This document shows positions 12,801 to 27,900 of a DNA stretch of 64,000 nucleotides, in pieces (position 1 is the stretch's first letter; every line of letters begins with the position of its first letter). The notes below the pieces were generated by a model. The model saw only the letters and a program-made list of their open reading frames with translations. It was not told where the DNA came from and ran no database searches. The stretch lies in assembly GCA_043228905.1 (NCBI GenBank), contig JBHGNT010000018.1, positions 17,980,001-18,044,000 of the forward strand, given 5' to 3'. This DNA is from Azolla caroliniana (taxonomy: Eukaryota; Plantae; Polypodiophyta). A program made the translations under genes and the position numbers.

Positions 12801-13628
12801 TCTCAGTTATCACTTCTAGGGGTTTCTCAAAGTTATTCCCTACTTCCTGTCAGGTTTTTAAGGTTTCATAAACTATACATTAGAAATTCCAAGAGATTAG
12901 TTAAATTTTAACCTGGTCTGTACACCCGATGCAGATATATGCGATGCCGGTTTTTGACATGATGGAAACGGTGCTTGTAAAAAAGGTGGGGCTTCCCCCC
13001 GGCATTTTGCTTCGTTTGATCGTTCGCTCGGCCTATGTTGGTGAGTAATCTCAAGACAAATCAACTTTAAACCCTAAATGTGGAAGCCTGAAACCTCTGA
13101 TCCCGACGTAATCTATACTTTCTTGTGTTATGCACAGCTTTCACATGCTTTGTTGCTGTTACCATACCATTTTTCGGTGCATTGCTTGGGTTTTTCGGAG
13201 GGTTTGCTTTTGCACCCACAACGTACTTTGTAAGTTACTTACATTCTTATGGCTTGAGGGTTTCCTAACAAATAGTTCTTTTTTCATCTAAATGACGGCA
13301 TTATCATGAACTCATGTGACTATGTATGTACGTATGTATCCATGGCAGTTGCCTTGCATCATGTGGCTCGCAATCTACAAGCCAAAACGATTCAGCTTGT
13401 CATGGATAGTGAATTGGGTGAGTGCAAATACATAATATGCTTCAATAAGTTGTATAGACCCGATCCCCCCTTGTCATGTTAATATATCTAAATGATGGAT
13501 GGTCTGACATTTTGTTTTGCATCATTCAGTTTTGTATCATAGTGGGGTTTATGCTCATGATTGTGTCTTCGATCGGAGGACTTCGTCAGATTATCGTGTC
13601 GGCATCGGACTATACCTTCTTTAGCTAA
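9889..13628 (+). CDS. LHT1: Lysine/histidine transporter (LHT family amino-acid permease), 8 exons: 9889-9927, 10319-10491, 11065-11448, 12115-12508, 12935-13040, 13138-13229, 13349-13417, 13530-13628
   Basis: Motifs [96 protein letters not shown]. All introns are GT-AG and in phase. Exact orthology within the LHT family is not determinable here. Confidence 0.95.
10540..10940. repeat. Intronic minisatellite: about 21-bp monomers, then a 42-bp dimer unit
   Basis: TAATCACATCTTCAATGGCC-like monomers at 10540-10680. Alternating TAATCACATGGTCAATGGATC / TAATCACATGGTCGATGTGCT at 10732-10940. Confidence 0.92.
11503..11879. repeat. Tandem duplication of about 188 bp in LHT intron 3
   Basis: ATTAGTTAGTTCTTTCTTTGAGAGG...TTCTTCCCAAA starts at 11503 and again at 11691, nearly identical. 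Confidence 0.92.
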
Positions 13629-15693
13629 ATAAAGCAATGCCAAAAAAAGAGGGAAGGATGTATTTTGTGTGTTGCTAGCCCAAAAAACAAAAAACCCACA
13701 CATAGACATCACTAAGATTAGTGTGTAGTGTATTTAGTTTTAGCATGAATTTGTATCATGGACATAATTTTCTCATTGAATTCTAGTTGAGAATTAGCGT
13801 CAGGTCAGGTTGGCCTGACGGCTGTATATTTTTCAGTGTCATTCTACATGTATAAATATGACAATTTAATCTTTTTTTATATCCTGCTGTTTCAATAACC
13901 AATCCTATCTTTGTTATTTTGTAACACCATTCAATCTTTTAGATATGTTATATGAGGTTTTATGTTATATGATGGGCCTTAGATACACGGGACGGGGTTT
14001 CGGGTTTGGGCTAGGGTTTTGGTGGTTCTAGGGATCTTGACTAAAAAACTAACCCAGTGAACATGGGGTTGTGAAACAGCTAAATTTAGCTGTCAGTGGA
14101 CATTGAATACTGTTTGTCTTGGAGTTAAAATGATTGAATGCGTTTTCTGATTACAATTAAAAGTAGCCAAATACTTAAAAAACGCCCTTGTTCTACACAC
14201 CCATATATATAATATATATATACAAAAATATGGAGTTTTATTTGAATAGCCGTTCCAGTTTTGAGAAAGAGTTAAAGCTATTGGTGTTCCATATTCTTGC
14301 TTGACTGTGAAGAAACAGAAACAAAAGAAGCCATAGTTGAGATGGCTGTTTTCTAGGCGGTTTGTACAATACACCGATCCGGAATGTAGTTTTCTTAAAG
14401 GCTAAGTAGTAGTTGTGTATGTTATGTGGTAAAGAATTTAGGGGTAAGCGAGAGATAACTCCAATGGGGATCATGGTCTAGCAGGTAAATGTGTATATGT
14501 ATGGTATGGATTCAATTCAAAAACTCCCCTGCCTCATGGCCCTTGCACTGATTGCGTAATAAATAGCTCAAAGTGTAAGGATTCGGAAGCCTGTTGTGAT
14601 GATGACCATAGCGGATGAAATGTATTTAGCCTAAATATTCTGTAGTTTCAACAATGATTGTTGCGGATAAGGTAGTTAACTTTAAGGATTCGAAAGCCTG
14701 ATTGATTGATTGATTGATTGATTGACCATGATCTTGTGCGGCCCCAACCAGATCGATGAATTTGTCTTGGCAGAGTGTTTAACAATAGTAGATCACCAGG
14801 GAGCACCCTAACCCCATTACAAGATAAAAGCAAAAGTGACACAACCTTTGGTGGTGTGATGTAACTCCCTCTTGAATCTTAAGTTTATCTCTCCCTATAT
14901 ATAGCGCAAAAGCAAAAAGCAAAAAGCAAAAAGAAAAAAGCAAAAAGCAAAAAGCAAAAAAAGCAGAGGTGATAGCTGTTTGTGAGCCACTTTGAATCTG
15001 GGGTGTTTTTGACCTCTTCAATGTATATAACTCCCTCTTTGAATCTTAAATTTAAGTCTCCCTATTTATAGTGCAAAAGCAAAAGGCAAAAGGCAAAAAG
15101 GTATTTTAAGTCATTTTGAATTTGATCTTTGAGTGTTTTTGGCCTTTTCAATTTTCAAAGAGGTTAATTATGTGATAAATCATATATCTATGTATCTTTC
15201 TTTCTTTCTATTTATATATATATATATGTAGAGAGAGAAAAATACATAGAGAGAGGGGGAGGAGATAGATAGATCTAGAGAGCTTTGCCAAGAAAGAACA
15301 AAGGTGAGACCTAGATAGAGATAAAGGGATATTTTAAAAAGAAGAAGATGAACATCTAGAGAGAGGAAATGGGAATAATATACATAGGTGAGAGGAAAAA
15401 GTTTGGAGGGGACTCTTTTTTTTATTTTAAAAAAAGCCCAGATCTAGAGAGAGGAAAAGACAGGACCCCCGATGAAATTCGAATCCGAAAAGGCTTTGGA
15501 ACATCGATGAAGGGCACGAAGGAAAGAGAAGAAATGCAAACGAAAACATTGTAAAGATTTTTTGTCCTGGAGCATCCCTTGGGAGTCATCTCATCTATCT
15601 CAATTCATGCATGGGAAAGAAACTCAGTCGGGTCGTAAATATAGATTTCCCAAACATTGGAGATGAATGAGAGCTTGAGCTATGCACATGTTG

Positions 15694-15731
<38 letters not shown>

Positions 15732-18700
15732 AGATCGATAGATATAGGGAGACCCTTTTTTTGTACATATACTTGACACTCTACCATCAAGTGCGACTAT
15801 ATATGTGTGTATCCCCAACAATCTTAGGTTTCAATGGGTGCTATTTGAAATTGTAGCTTGAATCTTATCGGAGAACTAACTCTAGGCCTTCATGATGACA
15901 AAGTTGTATTCGTGTGCACGCACGCTTACGCTTCGTGCTCTTGAGACGACAACACATTGCTTTGTTGGGCCACCGACCCCTCTATATCGATGGTTGTGGT
16001 GTTCAACATAGTTTAGAGAGGTTAAAAAATTGAGCAATTTAAAAACTTTCAACCCCTCATGTTTTTTTATGCTCGAGACTTTGGTGAGAAAATTGCAATT
16101 TTAATATATTCTTGTCATTGTACCCAAAAAAATTAGTGTTTTTGTACGAACCCAGTGATTGCAAATTCCAAGCTCATATCAGTTATACGACATATAGATG
16201 GTTGTATTGTGTTATTCGTCCTAATTGTTGATATTATGAGTCATGTCATGCATGAGGTGGGAGCTCATTGTTGGCTTGCAAATTGCATTAGAAGTACCTT
16301 TCTCCATAAAATGAACATGTATACCAAAACAATACTGCAAAGAAACATTGTCTTTGAAACTGTGCCTACTTTAGTAATACACCTTTTGTACGATTTGTAT
16401 ATTAATCTTAAAGATCTTGTACCTTTAACAATGGAAGGTAATAATCATGTTTCCCTATATTCGGAGGCTAGATAATGCATAATAAGGAAATGAAAGAATA
16501 TTATTTTGCGTGACAAAGTAACAAACCATGTTGCAGATACAATATCAACCTCCAAGAACTAACGAGGTTCGGATTAGGCATTGAATAGAAGCTTGTTTAT
16601 CAATAAACTACTAATGGGAGCAATGCATTGAATAAACTAGTGATGGAGATTAGAAGTCATGTTCATGGTGTTTGGATTTCTTGATGACTAATGAACCATA
16701 TCATAAATAGATGAGGATAAAAATCTAAATTTTCGATGAAACTAGTAAGGCTTGAAGTAGTCAACAGTGAACAAGATTCTTGTGATATTATTGGATATAT
16801 TTAAAGACATAACTTTATGATATCAAACTACCTTTTTGACAAGTTTTCATTTTACTTTTAAGACCAATTTTGATTTTCTGTGCGATTTTAACGTGCGAAA
16901 GCTACGTGGTCGAAGACTTTTTAATATCATTGATAATTCAAAAGGAATAATATAGAGTCTAGACTATGAGTAGAGAGAGGTTAGCCAATAGTAGATGAGC
17001 AAGTGGGGAGAACTAAAGAAAGTTTTTGTTGACAACCTTGAGCAACATTGTATTGGCTACTCTATGCATCGTTGAATCCAATGACGAACTCAAATTAAAG
17101 TTTAGGACGGAAATTACCGTGCAAAAAAACACTCAAACTAAAAAAAAAGGTCAACATTAAAAAGCTTATTGAAAGCCAAAATTCATGATCAACCTTAGTT
17201 ATCAGTGAGGTTTTTGACATAATGTTACAAGTTTTATGAAATTGTATGCTTGTTGATTGATTGTTTGCAAAGGCATGTGGAGAAGTAACATGCGCGCATG
17301 TTTATTTGTGCGGTAAGAAGTCATGGTGTGACCGACAGAATGAAACCAAGATCACCATAAAAAAGGATGCTTCACAAGCTCTTAAATCATGTTCAAAAAA
17401 CATTTGTTTTGCCAACGCGTTGAAATGCCTCGAGAAATTATATTAGGCAAAATATTGAAAATTCTGGTGGGTTATAATATAAATCTAGTTTTGGTGGTGT
17501 TTTTAACCATGAAGTTCCCAATTAGAAGCTAGTTTCCTTTTGAAATATTGGTTGGAAGGAACTCTAAAACAATTTCTAATCAAGGAAAGTGTAATATTAC
17601 TTACTAGTGACCTTCAACGTGTTTAACACAAAGCTCAAATTGAGGAGAACATGTAAACAAAGAGTTATTTAAAGTTAAGTATAATAATTGAAAGTTTTCC
17701 GAAATGTGTTAAAAAATGGCAACTCGTGTTTGAACATGTTCTGAGTAAAGAATGTCCCCAAAAGGTGATTTAAATATCAAAACCCTATTTTGCTTTATAC
17801 AACATGACAACATAACATGTTGTAAATATTCTTTATCTCATCGGTTTTTGGAGATTGACCTCTTTTCTTTATGTTTGGAGAGCTTTTAGCTTCTAAAGTT
17901 GCTTTCCTTAGCTTTTTATACAAATAAATATTCTCGGAGTCAAAAGCGTGTTTCATTCTTTATGATTGCGTTGTTAAATTATTAAATAAAATGTAGGGTG
18001 AAAATTTAAAAACATTTCTTGAAAGGCCTTCAATCATCTGTAACACAAACTTCTGTACGAGAAAGTGCACATTGTATTCTTATTGTTTACAAGTCATGAA
18101 CAAACTTGTAGGTCCAAACCTTAATCATGAGATGAGAATCGACCTACATATGTATGATTGTGGAATAAGAAATAAAACTTTATTGAATAATATGAAAGAG
18201 AAGGGGAGAGACTTTGAATAAATCATTACAAGGGAAGCTTCATGTAGGAAGACAGAGAGACAAGACAATGCCTAATTGCTTAATATACGCATGAATGATA
18301 TCATGGACAAAGGCAAAAGCCGATATGAAGAAGTAATATCTGAATTATGTACAACTTCTTGAACAAAACATAAATCTCAAGAATGTTGTTGCGAAAACGC
18401 GTGTATGCGTGTCAAAATGCAACAAAACCATATAGCTTTGGAACCAATAAAGGTGTTTGGTATGATAATTTGGTTGTGTGCCTATTGTTCTCGATTCTAG
18501 GATCCCTTTTAGCTTCTAGATCTCGTCATCACTAACATTTTGTGATATTAGGTTGTCGTTCCACTAGTAGCTCTCTTCACTACTAGGCTCTTCTTTCACC
18601 TCTAGCTCTCCTCGCTCGTAGTTATCTTCATCACTAGGCTCTTGATTTACTACTAGATCTCTTCATTCCTAACTAACTTTCTTCATCGCAATAAGTCTCT

Positions 18701-19619
18701 TTACAACTAACTATTTGTGCCACTAGCTTCTAGGCTCTCATTTCACCACTAGCTTTCATCACGCCTAGCCCCTTAAGTCACCACCAACTCTATTCACTTC
18801 TCTTTTCACTCGTAGAAAATTACTTCAACACCAAGACATGTTGAATGCATGATTAACGACAAGACAATTTCAAATAATTAAGTAATTACCGTTAGTGAGC
18901 TCTCTTTGTTTGCCTCTCTCTCTTTTCTTACTCTAACCCCTCGGGCCTCAATCTAACAACCACAACCCCACAAATGAGCCAACCATTACTTTTATAGCCC
19001 AAAGTTAGTACTTTTGGGTTGCCGCATACCAAACCAACCAAATTACAATAGAAATGTGTTGAGACCCTATGTAAAGGTATATAAACCTTGCAACATCTAA
19101 CTTGACGGTGATACATTAAAACCTATTCTGCTAGTGCATAATTTAACTATTTATGAATATGTCTGAGCTTTTGTAGCCTCCCTAATATAACAAAAATCCT
19201 ACCACTTGGATCACATTCTCCCCATGACCCAACCACATCATGACACCCACTACTTCCAAAACCACAATTCCTACTTCAACACTATAATGCACGTTTCCAT
19301 GTATTTAACCAATATTTTATGTTTCCAAAAACTAATAATTAAAACTTAAAGATTTTAAGTAGTGTTTTTTTGGGGGGAAAAACTTAAAGATTTGGCGAAA
19401 ACACAATTGTTAGATGCAATGCAAATTTTAGAAGCATTCTAACATAATCAATATGTCTATGCATTTAATGTTTAGAAAATGTATTCAAAGTATTTAAAAA
19501 ATCATAAAATACTCCTATCATATTATTTTACTCCTATTGTATGCTAATATTTTACAATTATGCACACATCCTTGGACATTCTCATGAGTTATGTGATTCT
19601 TATTGCCAAATTTGTTTCA

Positions 19620-20400
19620 TCTTTTCATGCCATGACATTGCAATCCATGGGGAGATCGATTGCTCAATAGGCATAACAAGCCTTTTTCCATTAACGAACT
19701 CGTTTGGCATAAATCTCATCACTATTGCTATGCATGGTTTTGTTTGCCAACTAGGCATAGGGTAACCGTTCCACCTTTTGCTTTGCTTCGGATCTATAAG
19801 TGGCGAGTCAATACTTGACTCTCAATAGTGAGAAAAGTTTTCTTGCTTCACCAACATCTAATTCATCTCTATCAACCACAACTCTCCCAACACGCCCATT
19901 TTTGCATGTCATATCGTTGCTACAATTGTTTTATTTTGTAGCACTCCGCACTCCATCTGGTTTTTTGAGAACTTCTCTAGCAAATCTTGGTACTTTATTT
20001 GCTATAAACCCATGTGCATTATCACAATATGAACCATCCACAAAGAGTGCATTGCCAAGGGACATCATACACAACCCATATCTGTTACCCCATTACTACT
20101 AGCACTAACACCACACATGTTACCCCTCTTCCCCACACATCCCCCCTTCTTTATCCGCACCACCACATCCCTTCCCCTTTCGCTATCAACCACTGCACAA
20201 CCGTCTCACACATCTTGCTCCACACCTCTTGTGCCATCTCTCTTGATGAAATGCTCTCTCACTCATCTTCGCCTCCAACATCGCCCACTACCACCAATCA
20301 TCACCAACAATTCCCAATCTAAAAGTTTATCCAACGCTTCAAGACATGTCGTTTTTTTTATGACTATATACTTGTCCACTTTCATATTGGTTCCCTACTC
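19620..20400 (-). mobile_element. Degenerate Ty3/gypsy integrase remnant
   Basis: The minus strand reads CKNGRVGRVVVDRDELDVGEARKLFSLLRVKY*LATYRSEAKQKVER and FMPNEFVNGKRLVMPIE, resembling gypsy integrase CRYGCVGKIVADRGEL...YNPEANGKVERG and GPY/F-type motifs. Many stops and frameshifts. Confidence 0.65.
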
Positions 20401-21469
20401 AACACATATATGATGAGAATGAGACCAAGTGATGAGCATTGGGGATCTCAAGAAGCCACTAGATGTCTCACATTTGATGCTTGTGTTTGGGGATATACTC
20501 AAGAATTCTAATAGAAGCAAAGTAATAGATTGAGAAAGAGAGACTAACATTGTAAAGGGGATAGGGGATATAAAGGTAATATCTATAAACCTTTATATCC
20601 TCCAAGTGTGAAAGGGATAGTTATTTTGCCCCCCACAAATGACACCAATGTGGCTCTCAAAAAGAACACCCGAGAAAGATATAATGTTTTGGAAGGGTAC
20701 AAAAGTACACTATAACAACTTGCGTGATTCAACATTGTGGATGGATACACCCATGAGTGTGCACTCATTATGCTAGGAGGATATTAACCACTCATCTGCA
20801 ACATGGCATGACTGAAGGACCTGGGAGATGCATGAGAGAGAGAGAGAGAGGCTCGCTCCAAGGAAAGCAATCCAAGAATAAATTTAACCTGAAGTCTCTA
20901 GGTATTAGGAACCTCATTCTGATGCCACGAGTTGGAGATGTGGAAGGTGAGCTTGGAAGTGGCAAGGTCATCTAGGTGTGGAGGAAAGTTAAAAGTATGG
21001 AAGAGAGAAAGAGAGAGAGCACACACACGAAAGTTAAATTGAAGGCCATGCATTCTAACCAAGACTAATGTTCCAATCCTTATCCAAAAGAAATAGAAGA
21101 CCATGGGTGACTTAGGAGCATGCACTCACCTAAGAACCTTGAACCCTATAAATCCAAACCAACATACTTTGACTAGGTGGTGTTTTTCCACCGCGGAAAG
21201 ACAAAGATGCCAATTGTCACTACGGACAAAACCAACGTTAGTGCATACTTAGTTCAACACCAAGATTTCATCCTCGTCTTCAATATCCACATCCTTCAAG
21301 CCGCAGCCCAATATCAATGACGTTCCCCACAAGTGGCCACAATGCTACAACAGTACACGCAAGGAAGACCCTTGAGGAATCTAAAAAGCCTAATGAAGAC
21401 GCCCTTTTGATGCTAGTTAGAGAGCTAGGCAACGGAGATGGGGGGAAAAATCATTCAGAGAGCTAAAGG

Positions 21470-23120
21470 TCCTCTTATCTTAGACCCCCTCCTACTTCCC
21501 AATTGGAATTGGGAGTTCCATATGTTTGTCAATGCCTTTGACATCACGTTTCATGACATGCTTATGAAAATGTATGAACCTAGATGGTATCAGCTCATGT
21601 TCACGCCAATTGTAAGCTCTCTGAGCAGAAAAACTATTCCACAATGTTAGGACAGAAGCGGTTGGCATGATCTATAGTGTGACCAAGTTCTGCTACTAAT
21701 TGGGCCAAAATTCACTTTTGATGCAAATCATTCCTCTCCTCTACCTCATTGCCACGATGGCCTATGTCCAACAATTACCCAGATGGAATTCTTTAGAAGT
21801 TCCAGTTCTTCCAAAGCCCAGATCCTAACACGGGATTTTGATATGCACAATAAGGGGTTTGACGACTTCTCGAATGCAGCCATCTTTCTCATTTGTGCAG
21901 TCAGCACATTACACATGCCACTTGATGATCTGAACCACTGGATCATTGAAATAATCACAATTCTTGCTATTGGAACCCAGCCATGAGCCTCACCAAGGAG
22001 GGGTGCAAATACCCACTATTGGTAGTTGCAACCTTTGTTAGCTCAATGATGTCCGTTACCACGAACTTGTGGATGGTGACAAGTATAACAAAGTTCTCAT
22101 CCATGAAAAGAACCTCATAGAGCCCACTCTAGGGTCTTCTGATGGTCACTAGGTTGATGATGGCACTGGAAGTAAGCTTTGGCACAACAATTTGTGGTGT
22201 CCAATGGTCCATACAACACCCACTTCTACAAAACTTGCAATAAGCACCAAAGTTGGGCCAACACACCACCAAAGCTTTGATACCACATCAATATGTGCTC
22301 CCTATAGGACCCTTTTAGAAATGGTGTCTCAACTTTGTCGACACATTTACGTAAAGATGGCCCAAGCCAGGAGTCATTACATCCTCAATGACACCAATTA
22401 CTTCACGAAACAGGTTGAGGTCAAGGCATGTCGTGATAACATAGTCCATTTCACAACCCATTTTCTGTATGCAGGTGTCATCATGGGTGCCCGATCAAAC
22501 TCACAAGCAACCAAAGCGGACATTTCATCAACGGTGACATTCCACGTGCTAATCACATAGTATGCGGCACAAGGAAAGCACAACATATTATCCATAGGCT
22601 AATGGCCTCACATAATCAATCAATGAAGACCCTCGAGACTATCCACAAGGAGATTGTCAATGAGAATTGCATGTACTAGGTCCATAAGCTACAATCTGCT
22701 CTCTAGCCATAGCAAACTTGTTTCAAACCCAAAATCCCTTAATCTAGAGGCAGTCACCTTAATTGTAGTGTATGCCTTCATGTGACCAAGCACGTGGAAA
22801 AGAAACTCTCTCACCAAAGGAGGGACGTGCTCCTATTCGCCAAAGTTGGGTAGAGAACACACTACACCTTGAACAGCTATAACGATGTGTGACGGCCTTT
22901 GTGGAGCACCAGAATGCCCCACCTCAGATCTAGTTCTAGGATGGCAAGGTAGTCCAAGTATTCTAGATCAAATTCAACTTGATGTAGGTAAAATTCCTCT
23001 TCATTAAGCTGGTCCATATTATCATCTGAAGCATCGGTGATTCCACCCTAACTTGGCACACTTGACAGTCGAATCAAACAAAAATTAGTTAACAGGTACC
23101 ATTTGAAGTCATACCAAGGA
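21470..23120 (+). mobile_element. Degenerate Ty3/gypsy pol remnant (RNase H to integrase)
   Basis: PLLLPNWNWEFHMFVNAF resembles the RT/RNase H connection PDWxKEFHVxVDAS. HYILNDTNYFTKQVEVKA resembles integrase YILVATDYxTKWVEAKA. YYP*ANG near 22590 and VNRYHLKSY near 23090. The RH-INT order is gypsy-like. Confidence 0.7.
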
Positions 23121-24914
23121 GATGTCCACCAAATCCTTTGCCAACAACCTGTGGGAACCATCCCAGTAAGTCCTGATAAGGTCCCCATGTCCCAGTTAAA
23201 TCTAGGAGATAAAAAAGGATCTATTAGGTAGGACCATAACTAGGCTCTTTTCCACTGGTAGTTACGTAAGAATTAATTTGGTCACTGAATGAAAGGAATT
23301 TAGATATTCCTCTCATTCACTTTTCCAATGTACACCTAGATGTGTGGCCACCATGCCTCGGGACTAGGGTTGGCCTTCCACAAATAGTAACTAGCTAGGA
23401 CAAGTCCCCATGTCATTCCTAATCCTATATGTGGCTCCTCTTGAATCCAAAGTTGTGTTATTGGTATTCTGCGTGCATAGAGCTTTTCCTTGCTTTCTTG
23501 CTCATTGTTTTCGCCTATTCCCTACTAGTCTGCAAATGGCTATGCAAGCACAATCAAGAGTTTGAACTTCCCACCATCCCCGACATCACAAAACTGTTCC
23601 AAGAGTTCATAACCTTCTTCTTGGACATCAACTAGGACTTCTTTGTCGCTCAAGTTATTTTTGTCGAGGTTTTGACTGTAATGGTTAGCAAGCTCTGGCC
23701 AACTTGCCTTAAACCTGGAGATTACTGATGGCCTAAGATTGCCTTATTACATTACCAATTCCAGAGTCACACTATGAAGATTGTTTACACCATAAGGTTG
23801 TAACTTGTCTTACATACTTGGTCTCATTTTTGGTGGTCTTTCCTGGTGAAGACTGCATGTGAACATTCCATGCAACATTATGCGCACACTATATTTTTCA
23901 CATATAGAATATGCAGTTTGAGGTGTGTGAAACCCTCCCTTGTAGGTAAATTACACTTACATAGTTTAAGCTCACCATCATGTGACTCATCTTCAGCCAT
24001 TTATCCTTTCCGCATGATGAACTACCTACACATCAATAACATTAGAAAGAACCCAAACTCTATTCTATTGGACTATGAGGACCTTGTTTCACATTTTCTT
24101 CCTTTCCAGGCCACAAGATCCTTACTTGGGCTACATTTTATTCCCTACAAGACTACCAGATTCATAAATGGTTTGCATTGAATTTCCTTTAAGACCGGAA
24201 AGATTCATACATCCCTTAAACTTGACCACCTCACTTGGAAAATCAACAGGAAACAGAGAACGTAAGTCCAAATTATCAATGGGTATATATTCACGACATA
24301 AGAGGTAACAACTAGCAACATACTGGTCTTGGCACAAAGAATTTGAATGAATTCTCCAAAATCCAAGTAACATTACTAAAGGATCGATAGAGGTATATCA
24401 CACAATAATAATGTGTTCAAATCAAATTTTATTTAAAGCTCTGAGCACACACTTCAATTTCTTCCGCAAACATAGAATTAACGCCATCATAAATGAGAAC
24501 TCAACCAAGTCTCTATAAGCAATGGCGGTACACAAATATACAACTCAAGAACAATTGTTAAGAAATACACATCATCACAATATATGGTAATTTAACTTAC
24601 ATTTCTTATTAAGAATCTAGTTTTAATCAATGAGAAAACACAGACACGCAAACAACTAAGAAAGAAATACACTTGATACTCTTATTCAAATTGTCTTCGC
24701 CCCTTTCATGTGAAGAAAACAAAACTTTAAATAATTGAAAAAAAATAGATGAAATATGCACTTCAGCGATAAAATTGCACATATCGATCCTGTTTTAACG
24801 TCACTCCATGTTGGCTCTGAAGTTACAGCACAAGACTAAATTGTTACTGTCTATCCTCTATATGATGCATAAAACTTTCCATGTATGTTTCTGTGAGAGG
24901 AAATAATTACCAAA

Positions 24915-27900
24915 TTACAATTCCTCCCTTTTTACAATGAATAAAGAAATGACATTCCTTTTAAGGGTCAATTCATCTGCTTTTGAAGGGCTTACATGCT
25001 GTAAAGAAAAAGAAACATATTGTCCATAAGCCTAAAACATAACTACTTTTAGCTTTTGGAACATTGGAAGATACAAATGTCAAAAAGAAAAAAAAAGAAG
25101 CAGAAGGAAAGTTTTTTACTTACCCCTGAGAGAAGGCGTTCCAATCGTTCAACTTCTTTCGAGGCATACTCTTCACCTTTCTCCAAGACTTTAAGAGCAG
25201 CTTTCGTGTATAATTTTCCATAGCTGTACACAGTTTATAGCATGGTTTGAGACAAGGAACGTGCATTTCTGTTAGTCTATTATTTATACATTTTCTACAC
25301 GGCCATTAAGTGATTTTGTTATATTTTTGGTAATAAAAAAAAAACCCACTTCTTGTTGGCATCTCTTGGGCAGCCTATGTTTGTTATAACTGATTTACAA
25401 CGATACATTTGGAGATCTAAATGGAACCCATTTTGTTTGAGGTGCTTTTCTTCGATATTCAACAAATTATTATCCTAACACATACATGATCTTTCTAGTC
25501 TTTTTACGGGCAGTTGAATTGCCCATTTATCTGTCAGGCCCTAAATATACAGCAATACAAGTTTATCAAATGCTAGAGCAAGAGAGAAACTTTTTAATGG
25601 ACATGTGATATGACACCCCCTGTCATTTAAATCTCACATTATGCTGCAATTCACATGATCAATTGCCACTGCGCACAAGTGTAAGAAGCTGATCCCCAGT
25701 AGAGCTAACATGACGAAATTTGTACAAGTTGCAAAAACAAACCTAGCTGCAGCACCCTTGAGCTTTTCAGCCTCTTCTTCCAGCTTTTGAAGAAAGTCTT
25801 TTTTAGCTTCACCAGTAGCACTCAAAAACTCTTCCACCAAGGTCGTTAAACTAGGAACCTTACCTGCCTGAAAACAAACATAAACAAATATAAATAGCCT
25901 CTTTAGAATCACTTGAAAATTTCCAAGAGATGTCAAGAGGTCCCATTATCGACTCTTGAATCGTGACACCACACCTCTTGTGTAAGTTGTCCCTTGCTAT
26001 TACGATTTGTGCCCGAGCGTTTATTAATGAAGGCAATGAAATCATCGGCATCTCTACCCCCTTCATAGTTTTCTCCATCTTTGTTTTCTTTAGGAAAGAA
26101 CTTCAAGGTGGGATAACCACTCACACCATACCTGACACACAATGACCAATATCATCAATGCAATGTATGCTTATAAATATGTCACAACATAGACGACACT
26201 TCAGTTTAGAGTAATATTTATTCTGGTTTTTACTTTTCACCCAGACTTTTGTGAGCATCAGCATCCACTTTAGCAATGACCACATCTTTCTCCCCCTTAA
26301 AAACTGTTGCAACTTGGTCATACACCTAGATTCATAAACAAAATTATCAGGCCTATTTCTTAAAAGCCATTATTAATCTTGCAAACAACATCTGCTAATA
26401 TCAAAACAAACTCACAGGAGCAAGGCTTTTGCAGTGACCACACCTGCAAACAGATCAAACAAAACTAGTCTGAAAAAGGATAAGCAAGATATGATAAGTG
26501 GAAAATGTGTGCCCAAATTTTTAACTTACCAAGGAGCATAGAATTCAACAAGTACATCCTTGGATTGATCCAAAACAATGGTTTCAAAGTTCTCAGGTGT
26601 TAGGACTACAGTATCAGAAACTGGTGTGCTGAGTTTTACATGTGTACCTGCAAAAAGCCACAAAAGTGAGTTGCATATTAAACCCTCACATACTTGGTTA
26701 GAGTTGGTACTTTTTCATGTATTTACTCAGATATTTTGTATAACCATGAATTGCACAGCCTAAGTTAAATAGAATTCGACGAAAGTACATGTACCTGATT
26801 CTTGGTTTACAAATTCAACCAAAGATTCTACAGTACGACCTCCAGAATAACTGGTGTGTATAAGAGCAAAATCAGTTTCATCCCATATACTAAACTTATC
26901 CAACAATAAACATTTACTTACTCTTTTGGCTCCAGTGATCCTTTAGAGAACCACTTTATCGTGGGATAGCCAGAAACCCCAAACTTGGAACAAAGGCTTT
27001 TGTGGTCATCACAGTCAACCTATAAAGGCAATGAGCCATGAGAGGAATTCTTACAGGTATATCTTAAATATAAAAATACATTAATTTCTTCTTAACTAAC
27101 CTTAGCTATCAACACTGACTTCGATTTCTTGAAAGAAGATGCTAACTTTTCAAATTCCGGAGCAAGCTTTTTGCAATGGCCACACCTGTACACGAAGAAT
27201 AACATGGTAAATTTACCTTTTGAATTTTTCGATGAGGTTTTGTTGCTTTCGTATGAGTCTCCTACAAATAAGGGATCCTTCTTCCCGTAGTCTCCTAGAC
27301 TACAAACAAGACTATCCAGTTCCCCTAAATAATATCCAGTTCCTTTAGCCATAAATTCATGCAATATAGGTCACATCTATTTATTCTACTGACTGTTCCT
27401 TGCTTTATTTACAGCCTTTAGCATGACCTATTAAGCATTATAATTGTGCCAGGTGAATATAGATTCATGTTAAGGTCAACATGATTGTTATCAGGAGAAA
27501 CTGGCATATTTTCTCAGTGAAACAACACACAGATGTTTACATCAAGAAAATCCCAACAAAGCAATTGCCATCATATGAACCCAAATCTCATGAATTATAA
27601 AGGCGCAAAAGATCATGTGATTCTGAAGACCCAATGCTGTGATTTTAAATCATAAGGTTCCAAATCTGATGATTATGAAGAAGGTTTGGGCACCAAGTAA
27701 GTGGATCTACAGCCAATTCATAGACAAACAGCTTTTTTCCCTATGTTATAAAAGGCTTAACCATTTGAGCTCAATAAAGTGGGTTAAATCAAATCATTAT
27801 CAACCAAAAGAAACAAGAAACTAAATGATTAAAATTTAGTGGTAACAGTTAAAAATTAGTGATGAAAATAAAAAAATATCAATAAAATCAAATGTGTGAT

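Noticed and set aside
13797-13820. Small GC-rich hairpin after the LHT stop codon, considered as a Helitron 3' end
   Set aside because: No CTRR terminus at the expected distance, and a 10-bp stem can arise by chance.
14000-19600. Possible LTR or DNA-transposon remnants, including CACTAG-rich degenerate repeats at about 18540-18800
   Set aside because: No definable termini, TSDs or protein motifs by eye.
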